A stretch of DNA of 64,000 bases from Octopus sinensis (Eukaryota): the NCBI RefSeq assembly GCF_006345805.1, contig NC_043002.1:23994001-24058000 (forward strand), in the 5' to 3' direction. Below are positions 35,481 through 48,390 of the stretch, one piece after another (the stretch's first letter is position 1; each line of letters starts with the position of its first letter). A program made the translations under genes and the position numbers. The notes under the pieces were generated by a model, which saw only the letters and a list, made by a program, of their open reading frames with translations, searched no databases and had not been told where the DNA came from.

Positions 35481-37859
35481 ATTATTTGCTCGGCCTTCCT
35501 GCCTGCCTGTCTGCTATAACCAAATCTCCCTCAAATCACACAATCTACCTTTTTTTCTTATATTTTTCCTTTCTAGAAAAGCAAAGGACACATGAGATAA
35601 TGTAGTCCTAAGTACCTCTGAAAGAAGGGGATGGTCACGATTGGAATGCCTTTGGAAAAAGGCCTGCTGGATCATGTTGACTTCAGATTAAACTTTTGCT
35701 ACCACCACCTAGTTGTCTGCACACTCACATATTCAAGAGGACAGGGCATGGAACTAAAAATCTTTCAGCACTTCAAGATTATAGTTTTTTTTTTCTTAGT
35801 AGGCACAGATTTTATTTACAATGATTGATGGGGTGGGGGCAATATAGTTGTGGTTCAGCCTCTAGCTTAATATAGATTGAAGAATGTGGTATGAAAATTA
35901 AATATTACGATGAATATGTATTTACTGAATGTTCGTCATCTCTTACACCCCTAATGTCTATCATCTTCCATCAGGGGTAGAGCATTTGAAAGAAAAGAAA
36001 CTCATGCTTACTATTTAGAAATAAGAAAAAGTAATATAACATCATTTAATTTGATCATATCTCTCTGTTGTGGTATTAAGCTTTGTATCTGATTTTTATT
36101 GTAATAGTAGTTGATTTCAAAAATTTGCCTATTTATCTTTTACTTCTTTCAGTCATAAGACTACAGCCATGTGGGGCACCACCTTCAATTACCCCAGTAG
36201 TTTCCCACCCACCCTCTCTCTTAATCCTGATACTTATTCTGTTGGTCTCTTGTCAACCTGCTAATTTATGGAGGTGTAAACACACCAACACCGGTTCCGA
36301 GCGGTGGTGGGAGATAGACACAAAGATACACACAGATATACATATATGTGAGAGGCTTCTTTCAGTTTTCATCTCCCAAATCCACGGTCAGCCCAACGTA
36401 TCAAGCAGTAGTGCTGAACCTAGAGCAAACTTACCAACCAACTGTGCTTAGTAATATTCTGGGCTCAAATCTTGCAAAAATCCATTTTGAAATCCTTGTG
36501 AGGACAGAAATGATGGAGCAGTACATAAAATGCCTTCTGCCATATTGTTAGATTCTTTTCTATTCTGAGTTCAAATTCTTCTTGGATCAAAAGGATAACT
36601 ACCAAGAATCAATCTAATCAACTATAACTCTTCTGCCTCTCCTACTTGTGTTTGTGTGTTACAAATTTTTAAATGGATAGGGGATTGGCAGAATTGCTGT
36701 AGGACTTAAATTGGTCATTGTTGATTACACATCTGTGCTAGCTGGACATTTTTTTTTTTTGTCTTTCTTGTGCATGCCAGTCTCTCCTTTCAACTGTATC
36801 TATGTTTGAACAAGGGAAAGACTACTGACTTGGGTCAATTTGGGTTGGCATCAGTGCTAGCGCAAAGAGCCTGGACATATACTGCAAAGCATCTTGCTTG
36901 ATTCTAATAGTTTTGTCTTATTTACCACATTGGATTGGTACTTTACTGTTCCAAGCCTAAATGGATGAATGGCAGGATTTGAACTCAAATAGTTGGAACA
37001 AGTAACACGGGGCATTCTATCCCATCTTCTATCAAACAAAATGTGTTTGTAGTATTTAGTTTAAGCTTTTAATGTTCTTAGTTTACATTCAGTCAGTTAG
37101 CTTTACCTTTCATCTTTCTGTAATTTGTATATATTTTATTATAAATGCAAAATACCACCACAGAGGAATTGATATAAGCTTAAATAATAAACCATGATAT
37201 GGTGAGGGATTACTGTAATGTTATAAAAGTCATTGAAATTGCAACTTGTTTTATAAACATCTATCCAGGGAATAATTTGTCTTAATACCATGGAAATTCA
37301 TAATAAACAGCCCAGTGTACTACAACAATTTGTAAATTTAGCTTTTTTGGATAAGATTGTATAAAGTTACCTTACATATAGTTTCTCAAGATCCTTAAGG
37401 AAAATTGTGTTTGAGATCTCACAGTGATTATATATAATCTGTTCTTCCAGTGCAGATCTAAAGAACTGCAGCAGAATACTCCCAAAACCATTTGAAATAC
37501 TCTCCAATACATTGTAACCTCTGGCCCACAGACACCAATCTCTACAGTCTGTCTACTCTTACTGAATATGCCTCTAGAGTATCAACCCTCTAGATTTTTT
37601 TTTTTATGCCACATTCGCTACTTTTGAGTTAAAGAACTATCAGTCTTGCCATGATCAAAGGGGCATATAATGGTTATGATCACTGGCTATACATATCCTA
37701 TTATAAATAGCTACATCCTTGTTTCAAGTCAGTATGACTTTTATCTCTCCTGTACAAGAAACAGTTACATTAATGTTTTGGGGTTCAAATCAGTTGACTG
37801 CATTCTATTCATTCTAATAATGTGGGGAACATCTAATGTTACAAGCACAGCAGTTGTGA

Positions 37860-38635
37860 GGGAGGGTATTAATTGATACCACTGGCCCCTGAAAGATGAA
37901 TTGCTAAGTTGGCTTCAGTGAGATTTGAAGTCAGAATGAAAAAAATTGGAAGCTAATACCACAATGTGTTTTTTTTTTAACAGTTCTGCTAGTCTTCTCC
38001 CCTGTGTGACCTAATATTGGTTTCAAATTTTGGCACAAGGCCAGCAAGTTCAAGGAAGGGGCCCAATGCTTAACTGGTACTTTATCAACCCTGAAAGGCA
38101 GTCAACCTCAGTAGGATTTGAATTCAGAATAGACTAAATGCCACTAAGCATTTTGCCTGGCATGCTTAATGATTCTGCCAGCTTGCCACCTTCTATGTGA
38201 CCTAATAGAATTCACCATTATTGTTGCAAGCTGGTAGTGCAGTGCATAAAATATCCTATTTAGTTAATTTCTGTTTATGTTCTGGGTTTAAATCCTGTCA
38301 GAGTTGACTAAGTTTTTATGTCAGGCCCTTACTTGAATACCAGTCATTAACCCTAACCCCTTAATTACAGAGTTGTACTTATTTACACTTCTCTATATTC
38401 ATTGAGGTCAATATAATTGTATCATTAAGGTGGTGAACTGGTAGAAACATTAGCATGCTTGGTGAAATGCTTAGCGGTATTTCGTCTGCCATTACGTTCT
38501 GAGTTCAAATTCCGCCGAGGTCAACTTTGCCTTTCATCCTTTCGGGGTCAATAAATTAAGTACCAGTTACGCACTGGGGTTGATGTAATCAACTGGCCCC
38601 CTCCCCCAAAATTTTGGGCCTTGTGTTGAGTAGAA
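37860..38635. mobile_element. Cluster of family A SINEs in both orientations
   Basis: Minus copies at ~37860-37990 and 38016-38190; plus copies at ~38230-38340 and 38428-38635. Confidence 0.75.
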
Positions 38636-39693
38636 AAATGTATGTAACTGTATCATCTAAAATTTATGATCTTGTGGCTAAATTAGAAATTATTACTGAT
38701 AGAAGGCAGCTGATATGTTAGAACATTGGACAAAATACTTTTCGTTCTTGAATTTCTCTGAGATTAATATATATATAATTGCAAGTTATACATTAATGCT
38801 CAAAATACAAAGTTAACTCATTAGTGCTGGTGCCACTAAGGAAGTACGAAGTGCATTGTAAAGTGGTTGTTGTTAGGATAAGTATCCAGCTATTGAAACC
38901 AAACACATGGAGTGAGACATCCTCCAAACCATTGGATCTTGTTGAACCCGTTCCAGTACAAAACGATTGAGATATATGACCTGAAAGGAAAGAAAAATTA
39001 TTTATTCTCCTAAATGTATATTAATATTTTAAATATAAATTACATGACATCTACAGACACAAATCAAAGAATAGGAGGATTGAGAAAGAATATTTTATGT
39101 TAAGATTTTTAAAATGAATTGTATACTTGTAAGTTACATACTTTGGTTTAAATACTGTTGTGAACATCGAATTAAAATATGCTTTGTCTGTTAGGCTATC
39201 CCACTACATTTTATGTACTGGAATAAAATGACTGCAAAATTATCTGGTATATAATGAGATAGTACTATTGTTTCGACCACTAACCCCTTTTATATGGACA
39301 TATGATTAAGTGGTGGTAACCTATCATAGTCTGAGAAAGATGGTTTTGCAATTTTTCGCTGAACAACCTACAAAAATGATTTTATAGTGATCAAAATGTT
39401 TGTGCTATTTATGAACTCACTCCCTCCATCAAATCAACATTGCCTGAACAGATGCATGGGGTACCACGTACCAGTGGTGAAGTGATCGCAGAGCAACATG
39501 AAATGAAGAGATTTGTTCAAGACCAATGCAACACCCTAACCACTAAGCCATATACCTTCACATATAATAAGTAGCATTTCATATCATTGTATACTCTCTT
39601 GTAAATGTGTATTATTGCAATCATTTAACATGGTGTGCAGCAGAATCAGTTACAGTACCTGACAAAAATACTTCTCAATATTTAATTACATCA

Positions 39694-39875
39694 AGGTAGT
39701 GAACTGGCAGAATTGTTAGGAGGGAGCATTTCATGCATCTTTACATTCCAAGTTCAAATTCTGCTGAGGTTGACTTTGCCTTTCATCCCTTTCAGGATCA
39801 ATAAAATAAGTACCAGCTGAACTCTGCGGTTGATGTAATCAGCTTAACCTTACCCTGAAATTTCTGGCTTTGTAC
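39694..39875 (+). mobile_element. SINE family A
   Basis: ggtagtgaactggcagaattgttag...gactttgcctttcatccc. Confidence 0.75.
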
Positions 39876-40118
39876 CATTATTTAATTGTATCCCTATATA
39901 TTGCAAGTTCAAATGAGGACAATGAAACCAGTCAAGTAGAGAGATCAAATGACAATCCCTCAGAATATGGTCTTGTGCCAAAGTTATCAAAAATAAGTCC
40001 ATTTTGTGAAGTGATTGTCTTCCCCCCCCCCCCCCCAAAAAAATGATTAGAAATAATTTCCTGGAAATATGGGAGACAACTTTGGACATATTTTAAGTCA
40101 ACTTCCATCTTTCTGGAG

Positions 40119-40281
40119 CAGGGTTTCTCAGTATTTTTTACTTCTAGTATACTGAAGATCCAATAAAAAATATGAAGGCATTCTTCGCATGGGAAAGTTT
40201 AAACAAATCTAAAATTTTACAAAAGAAATAAACTATAGCAGATGAGGCATTTTTCCAGACTTCAGAATTTGAGAATCACTG
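40119..40281. mobile_element. hAT MITE nested in a SINE A remnant
   Basis: TIR cagggtttctca / tgagaatcactg, with degenerate 8-bp duplication ttctggag / ttctaggg. Confidence 0.7.
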
Positions 40282-42489
40282 TTCTAGGGTCAATAAAATA
40301 TATACAAGTAATATGCTGGTATTGATTTGATCACATCCACTTATAAATTTCTGCTTTACACATCAAGACTAAACACTACTATTTGTAGCTTAGTATTATG
40401 TATTTATTGACTATCTAGTGGAATTAATAATAATCCTTTCCGCTCTAGACACAAGGTCTGGAATGATGAACGGTAAAGTCAACCTCGAACACAATGATGG
40501 ATGAAATACTGTTAAGCATTTTGTCCAGTGTGCTAACAATTCTGGCAGCTTTCCACCTTAGAGGAATAGATTTGGTAGTCAAGCATGATGGTGGCTCACT
40601 GGCTGAAAAGTTGAAAATTTGGGACAATGGTCGTGAAGTTAAGATTGTGGACTACTCACGACATCAGAAATTTTAATCCTACCCAGAACCATGTGGTTGA
40701 GAAGCAAGTTTTTTTTTTTACCACACAACCATACCTGTGCTTTAAAATGCTTATAAACGCTTCATTTAAAAACAATACCAATTTCTGATCTGAATCAAAT
40801 GTCCTATTCTGTTTGATTAGGCAATGAAATGAGGAGTGGAGCTTTTTAGTTCCTTTAAATCAGGCTTACTGAACCAAGGTACCTTCTTTCTTCAGCGATA
40901 CAACACAATGATAGTGAAAAAATTACAACATATGCTATGTGGTGTGTAGTCCTCTACCTTAACCTCACAGACATTGTACCAAATTTTTCATTTTTCATAG
41001 GAATTACCTTCTCAGCTAGAGGATTGTGATCATACTGAAGTACCACAATCAAGTAATATTTATTCCATATGTTGGTTAATAAAGACAATGTAAAGTAAGC
41101 TACAAATGCTAATTTTTTAATAATGACATTGTAGGGTAGATGTGAGAGGCCAGATCTGGTCAGTTTGAATATAAAATGCAGAATATTTAGGCCAGATATT
41201 CTACCTGTTTTATGGCCAGTTTAATGCTAAAGGGGTTAAACAAAGTTACATAATAGAGAAACACACTGGTGTATTTTTTCAACTAGAACAAGCTATAGTT
41301 TGTGAAGGATGAAGTAATGAGATATTGTAACAATCATGCCTTTCCAAAGTGTATTAGCAGCATGCATGGAGTAAATCATCTTGAACCAGTACTTCTTATT
41401 CTATAGGAAAAAGTATATGAGTGAAGTAGGAACTCCAGTTGCTTGAACAGTTATTCAAGCTACATTGACTCTCAGCATGATCACAACTCACTGACTGAAT
41501 GAGTAGAAAATTTGTCACAATGGCTATGAGGTTAAGGTAGGGAATTAACAACACGATCATAAGTTATAATCTTACAATTATCATTATGCTGTATCTCTGA
41601 TTCATAAGAACAAAGAAATCGTACTCATTTCATGGAACTAATTAATCAGAATAGAGCTTGTTTGATTTGGACTAGAAATAGTAACAAAATCTCATTCAAG
41701 TTTCCCTTTAGGAAGGTCTGCTCATAAAAGGAAGTTGATCTGGGTTTGCACAATGCCTAAAATATACTTTGCTTAGAAAGAAATTTGCAAAACATCATGA
41801 AAATGTATTTATTGAACGGAAGTAGAATGTGAAGCAAAAAGTTGTCATTCATTTTATTGATGAATTACTGGAAATATCTCGACCAATTATGTTTGTTTCA
41901 CTAATAATGCGTACAGGAATCAGGTCTTATAAACAGTTTGTCCTTAGTTTACTGGACACTATAATATGGAATATTACAGAATTATGTTCTTAAGATTCAT
42001 CGGAGGAAAAACAAGTTAAGGACCAGAAAGACAACAGGCAGTTGATCACATGATATGAGGCAAACAATTAAAATCTTCATTTGCTCCCTCTTAGTTCCAG
42101 GTCTAAACAGGCAACTCTTGTTTAAACCCCAAGGTAATTCTGATCTAAGGTATTACAGATGTGACTGGTAGTTTTAGGTCTATGTTAGCCAGTGTATTTA
42201 AGATAGCAATTGTCTGCTATTTCTAATAGGTTCAGGGTCACATAGTAACTCCCTTATTGGACCACACACACTAGTAGAAACTAGACACATGTTGACACCG
42301 TTTGGAAATGAGGACAGGTAGAAAATCAGGGTTCTTGTAAAATACGGCAGCTTGTAACTGCTAGCATCCAAAAAGTGATATTAGATCAGGTAACATTTAC
42401 CAAAAAATTTGCTTTTATATGCCTTTGACCTAGATATCATCGATAAGTATCAGATCATTTCGGAGTATTATCTGCAAGCCAACAAGGGA

Positions 42490-42810
42490 GTTTATGTATG
42501 TTCACTCAATCTGCTGGAAATAGCAGCCAAATCATGCTATACTACTCGAGGAGAGAAAGGACACACTGAATAATGTAATCATTAATGCATTAATACCTGA
42601 ATAAAAGATAGGATGGTTTGGGTGAGAACACCCTTGATCATTAGCAACTGGATCAGGGCTGACCATGGAACTAAACAAGGAAATACACATTGAATAATTT
42701 AGCCCTAGATACACTATGTCTAAATAAAAGATGTGCTGGTCGTGACTGGAACATTTTTGATCATAAATCAAATGGATTGGGGACCTGAGACTAAATAACA
42801 ACCTGCAACA
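42490..42810 (+). repeat. Dispersed repeat family E (aatagcagccaaatc...gggctgacctgg..ctaaacaac)
   Basis: Related decayed copies lie at ~35515-35700, 43090-43250, 57150-57360 (-), 59055-59230 (-) and 63275-63415. Confidence 0.6.
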
Positions 42811-43842
42811 GACCAGCACCCTATATAGGGAAAGATTTTATTTTATATTTAATGAAAGGGTTAACATCATAAAATAAAAAGAAAAAGTGTTAAGTCTTGG
42901 CCCTTTATGAATCTTCAGAGAACTAATTAAAGCATTTTTATCTACACATGATGTAAACATTATGATACCCTGAAATGCTCTACTACCATGAATCAAAAAG
43001 GAACTTCACTCCATTTTGTCATTAAACTTTATTTCAAGTTATAACAGAATACCTGACTGATGGAAATGAAGGAACCTCTATGCCATTGTTCTACCAGCTA
43101 AAAATAGCAACAAAAATACTTCAAATGAGATCCTACTCATGTCAATAAAGGATTCATTTCATGATGAAATCCCTGATAGACAAAAAGGCAAGATGCTCAC
43201 AACAGGTTTCACTGAGCAGAGCGGATGTATGACTAAACAGGGAACATCACTGTAAGCTATATATATTATATTATATATATCATTGAGGAGATATGACCTG
43301 AAACTTTGAGTGACAACTGTATGAAATCTAAGGTCTGAACTTCAGATTTGAGTTAATTTAAGTAAGTGCAAATTCAGTTTCCCCTGTTTAGTTTAAGCAT
43401 ATGATTACACACCCAGCCACACACACATAGTGTATATGTGTATGTAATGTATGAAACTCTCAGACCTTGAGTCACTGTTACTTCTGCTAAATATTGATAA
43501 AAATATACATATACTCATATTTTAAGTTCTATTTTTCTTGTTTGCATCAACATACCTATATGTATATATATATAGTTCATAGACGAGAATCAGATATTCT
43601 CTGTATAGAATACACTTAGTAGTGCTCAAGCTATTACCAGAAACAGCTGTTGGATTTGTAATACTTTTCTTCAACTCCTGGCCAGTTTGAACATAAAAGA
43701 GGCTGGATATGGCTGGTTTGAATGATGAAGGGTTAATGTCTGCTTTCTCATACTTCTGTGAGTTAGATTCAAAACGTGACAATCTGATAAGTGTGAGGCA
43801 ATATTACCTGTGCATGTTTTGTTAATATGATCATCATTAAAT

Positions 43843-43882
<40 letters not shown>

Positions 43883-44312
43883 TACAAGAAGCCCAAATTC
43901 TACTTTGAACTTTGGATGCTCTATGTTTTAGCAACCGTAAAAGGCTGGTAGTGAAACAACTGTTGGCATCTGATTGAAGTAACAGTACTGACAGTATAGT
44001 TAGAATGTGTTTATCTCAAAAAGTCCAAACATTTCAAGTTACCCTTCATTTCAATTTAAGTCAGTACATGCCTTGTCATATTCATCAACAAATTCTAAGG
44101 GTAAATATCAATGGTAACTGGATTACAATGAAACTATCCCTGCTTCTTCCAGGGTCAGTTTTATGCTACTGTATCTTAAGTCAGAGCACAAAGACAAATG
44201 ATTTTTAAAAAAGCTTTGATATAAATAAAACATAAAAATAGTGTTTCAGTCACTAATAATGAATTTTTACCCAGCTCGCCAGCTATTTATGAGCTGTTTT
44301 ATGTATCAGTAG

Positions 44313-44600
44313 TGGAGGCACATAGCCTAGTGGTTAGAGCAGTGGTCGAGGGATCGCGGGTTCGAATCTCAGACTGGGTGATGTGCATGTTTATGAGTGA
44401 AACACCTAAGCTCCACGCGGCTCTGGCAGAAGGTAATGGTGAACTTCTGCTGACTCTTTTGTCACAATTTTCTCTCACTCTTTCCTACTGCATCTTGCAG
44501 CTCACCTGCGATGGACTGGTGTCCTGTCCAGGTGGGGGACCTACATGCCAAGGAAACCGGCCCTTATGAGCCAGGCGTGGTTCAAGAAGGAACAAACAAT
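44313..44600 (+). mobile_element. tRNA-derived SINE family D
   Basis: A box tagcctagtgg and B box ggttcgaatct, internal cctgcgatggactgg..tgtccagg block and tail gaaggaacaaacaa. Confidence 0.75.
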
Positions 44601-44790
44601 ATATATCAGTTGATGCTTGCTACTGATGATGATTTTAGCAACTGCACCACCTCTATTGGACAGTATTAATCTGTTATTAATACACTTTTATGCTTTTTAA
44701 CACAATATATGTATCTATACTAGAAGCTCTCTCAAGATGACTACTGCAGTTTTGTGGATTTCTGTAAAATACCATGTAAAAGAAGATATA

Positions 44791-44953
44791 GGCGCAGGAG
44801 TGGCTGTGTGGTAAGTAGCTTGCTAACCAACCACATGGTTCTGGGTTCAGTCCCACTGCGTGGCATCTTGGGCAAATGTCTTCTGCTATAGCCCCAGGCC
44901 GACCAATGCCTTGTGAGTGGATTTGGTAGACGGAAACTGAAAGAAGCCTGTCG

Positions 44954-44984
<31 letters not shown>

Positions 44985-45194
44985 TTGTGTGTCTGTGTTT
45001 GTCCCCCTAGCATTGCTTGACAACCGATGCTGATGTGTTTACGTCCCCGTCACTTAGCAGTTCGGCAAAAGAGACCGATAGAATAAGTACTGGGCTTACA
45101 ATGAATAAGTCCCGGGGTCGATTTGCTCGACTAGAGGCGGTGCTCCAGCATGGCCACGGTCAAATGACTGAAACAAGTAAAAGAGTAAAGAGTA
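44791..45194 (+). mobile_element. Full-length CORE-type SINE family B
   Basis: Runs from ggcgcaggagtggctgtgtgg to gaaacaagtaaaagagtaaagagta. Other copies lie at ~10430, 36140 (-), 53000 (-), 54980 (-), 58100 and 62089. Confidence 0.88.
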
Positions 45195-45340
45195 TAACAG
45201 AATGCAAATATACTGTAAGTAAATGTCTTTGTGGCATTCACTCATCGACTCTTTACAGTGGGCAACACCTCATGCATATGCATCTACATACATATGTCCT
45301 GATAAGTTAGGTTTCACAAAACAAGAAAGAATACACTTAC

Positions 45341-45404
45341 TCAACAGATTACAGCTACAAGCTATCAAAGATGCTGTTAAAAAATGTAAAATCTTCATGA
45401 GGTT
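45341..45404 (-). CDS. Candidate exon of an unidentified small minus-strand gene
   Basis: CAG acceptor and GTAAGT donor. Reads NLMKILHFLTASLIACSCNLL+1 nt, which is signal-peptide-like. Confidence 0.4.
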
Positions 45405-45417
45405 CTGCATGTAGTTA

Positions 45418-45792
45418 CTACTTGTACTTGTGGTGACATTCACCCTGGGCGGTTTGAGTCGGCTTCTTCTACTCATGGAAGAAGTTTCATGGGAATATGT
45501 GTATTTCACAAGCAGTCCCCAACAATCCCGCATGTGGAGACATCCTGTTTGCCGCAGATTGTCTGCAGACGCAGGGACAGAACGACCGAGGAGCCTCCAG
45601 TTACCGAAGCAGACACTCCAAGGATTTTCACCAGAGCCCCATCTGCCAGGTTGTGGCCCTAATACCACTCGGTGTCAGACCAATCCACCTTCGGTGACCC
45701 TACCAGGAACCGAAGTTCCCAATGGCATAGCTCTGACACTACCCGTTGCCAGCGTCCCCACCACGGTGAGGAGGAGATGGACTTTGGGGACA
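45418..45792 (-). mobile_element. Short non-autonomous RTE derivative (5' UTR joined to 3' end)
   Basis: Exact 10-bp duplication catgtagtta at 45408-45417 and 45793-45802. Carries the RTE-type 5' motif GAGCTATGCC..GGTAGGGTCACCGAAGGTGGATTGGTC and a caagta repeat tail. Confidence 0.8.
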
Positions 45793-46481
45793 CATGTAGT
45801 TAGCTTCACATAAGCAATGCCATCCATGTCTGCACTCATGTGTGCATGTGCACATTCCTATATACATAAATACATGGAAGACTACCCTGTTGATGCTAAC
45901 ATTCTAATGAAAGTGTTTTGTTTTAAGCTAAAAACTGGCTCTTTCCCCATTGGTGAAACAAATATAACAAGGAAAGCATTCATACATTCACACACACATA
46001 CCTCCCTCCCTCCTGCCATCCATACATACATATGTCTGAATTTATCACCATACCTGCCAAAGACCACTGTCACTCCCATCCAGTATAACTTGATTTTTAG
46101 AAAGTTCTCTCCCTCATCCCTTTTGAGGTGAATTTTAATTAATGCTAATTATTTTAGGTTCACCACCCCAGGTATGTTAGACCTCATACCAGCTGTCCAT
46201 TCATCCATATACACCTGCAGTTTCATACCTATTATTATTGGAGCAATAGGATACATACCACACCCATCTAGAGCAAATTATGGCTGAACTTAAGAAAGAA
46301 TGCAAATCTGTAATTCATACTCTACAAATTACCACGATATCAGGGACTATAAAAATGTGCAACACTAAGATATAAAGGATGATGCTTAAAACAAGATGCT
46401 TTACTTCACAATCTTGCTACTAAGTTAGTGGCTGGTCAAAATTTACTCTAAATGAAAAAGTGAAAGAGAACATAAATATAA

Positions 46482-47610
46482 ACGTGTTCTGATCAATAAG
46501 TACCCGGACTGTTGCCATAGTAACGAAGCTAAAGCACACAGAGTGAAGACACTTGGCACAGATTGACCTTGAACTCTGCTGTGCATGCACGCAAAGTTTT
46601 ACCATTCTAGCTCACTTCTGCTGTTTACAGCAGTGCTTGGAAGGAAGGTGTATAGCATGTGATTGTTGCATTGACCATGACAGAGAAAGTGGAGCTGAGA
46701 ATCTGCATCAAATTTTGCCAAAAGCTTGGTGATATCTGCTCAGAGGCCTACATAAAGGTTTCAAAAAGTTTTCATCGTTTTCATAAAGGCAGTGAGCTGG
46801 CAGAAACGTTTGCACACCAGGCGAAATGCTTAGTGGTATTTCATCTGCCTTTACGTTCTGAGTTCAAATTCCGCCAAGGCTGACTTTGCCTTTCTTCCTT
46901 TCGAGGTTGATAAATTAAATACCAGTTACGCACTGGGGTCAATGTAATCGACTTAATCCCTTTGTCTGTCCTTGTTTGTCCCCTCTATGTATGGCTCCTT
47001 GTGGGCAATAGAGAAAAAAAATGTTTTCATCGTTCTTGACACAATCAAGATCTTGTGCAATTGAAACCCGAGTATCTTTTTGGTAGCTGAAAGCAGTTTT
47101 GGCACAAACTTGGCAGACACGCGTCTCATACCCAAATCTTCAATGATAATGGACTGAACTGAACCGTAACTAATCTGCACATCCTCTGATAACTTACGGA
47201 TAGTGATTCGATAATTTTTCCCTCACACTGCATGCACATCTGTGACATTTTTCTCAGTTCTGCTGGTTGCAGGTCTCCCAGAACGTTTGTCAATATCGAC
47301 ATTTTTTTGCCCATTTTGGAAGTGTCTGAATTACTTGTACACTTGTGTGGAACTCATACACTCCTCTCCATATACTTTTTGCAATTTTGCGTAGGCTTCT
47401 GAGCAGGTGTCGCCACGACAACTTTCTCTGTTATGGTCAATGCGACGATTGCACGCTACACATCTTCCTTCTTGTAAACAGCAGAAGTGAGCGAGAACGT
47501 TAAAATTTGATGTGCATGCACATCAAAGTTTAAGGTCAGTCTGTGTCCAGCGGCTTCACTCTGCGTGCTTTAGGTACGTTACTCTAGCAACACTCCGGCT
47601 ACTTAGTGGT
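46482..47610. mobile_element. Fold-back mariner derivative built from two opposed 5' halves
   Basis: 46494-46765 is the reverse complement of ~47370-47607. The plus arm encodes MTEKVELRICIKFCQKLG and the minus arm extends to EDLGMRRVSAKFVPKLL. Confidence 0.85.
46786..47022 (+). mobile_element. SINE family A inserted in the mariner derivative
   Basis: Direct repeat gttttcatcgtt at 46768-46779 and 47023-47034. Confidence 0.88.
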
Positions 47611-47630
47611 GTGTATATATACATGCATAC

Positions 47631-47639
47631 CTCCGACAT
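47631..47639 (-). CDS. Candidate first coding exon (MSE) of the small minus-strand gene
   Basis: CAAC-ATG TCG GAG followed by GTATGC donor; phase 0, in frame with the exon at 45341-45404. Confidence 0.35.
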
Positions 47640-47799
47640 GTTGCAGGAGCTGGTAGATAAAACTTGAAGTCGGACACAACATTTGATTTTCTCAATAAAT
47701 TTTACTCAAGGTATAAGAGTTATCAGATCAGTAAATGTTTCGTTGTTATTTCAACATACACACACACACACATATTGGTAAAGGTTAACAATGACTTCA

Positions 47800-47850
47800 A
47801 AAATTTTCCCATGATGGCGGGTAAACTGAAACTTCCGTGTCACTGTGAAC
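47800..47850. promoter_or_regulatory. Housekeeping-promoter-like motif cluster
   Basis: ttcccatgatg (ZNF143-like), atggcgg (YY1-like) and acttccg (ETS-like) lie within 40 bp at the edge of a CpG-retaining zone. Confidence 0.4.
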
Positions 47851-48004
47851 CTTTTCTTCATAAAAGTTAATGTCTTCTACTGAAAAGTACTGAGTGGGTT
47901 CTTTAAGTCAATGTTGATTTTTTTCATCTCACACACACCTGAAAGTACAACGATAGTAAACAACAAATCTCCTGCCCCCTACTACGCCCTTAAACTATTC
48001 TGTA

Positions 48005-48390
48005 TTAGCAGTATCGCCCGGCGTTGCTCGGGTTTGTAAGGGAAAATGACTATATAAGCATTTTTAGAGAGTTATAGCCAAAAAATAGTAAAAAAATGCA
48101 TTAAAAATGGAAAAAAAATGATGGTAAATTTTTTTTAAATCGTCGACTCATCGTAGACATTTTTAGAGAGTTACTTCTCTTATATAATAGCGAAAAAATG
48201 CATTAAAATGGAAAAGAATTATGGTAAATTTTTTTTAAATCGTAGACGCGCGCTAATACCCAGAAGGGCTCGATATGAATCACAACTATAAGATACCCGG
48301 TTTTGGTTAAACTGCACCGCAAAATGTGGGAGTAGTTAGGAATCTAAATCGTAGGAGACAGACACACAACTTGACTTTTATATATAAAGA
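48005..48390 (-). mobile_element. Non-autonomous Helitron, 386 bp
   Basis: Minus strand reads A|TCTTTATATATAAAAG...CCCGAGCAACGCCGGG hairpin...CTAA|T, with no target duplication. An internal ~90-bp direct repeat is present. Confidence 0.88.

Noticed and set aside
41001-41052. Plus-strand acceptor (tttttcatag) as an alternative 14-3-3 last exon, perhaps via the AG|GTGAGA site at 31979
   Set aside because: It would give a non-acidic tail (GITFSARGL*) far beyond the likely poly(A) sites, with no independent support.
45270-45813. ORFs of 132 and 127 aa on opposite strands
   Set aside because: They lie mostly within the GC-rich non-autonomous RTE insertion; only 45341-45404 may be exonic.
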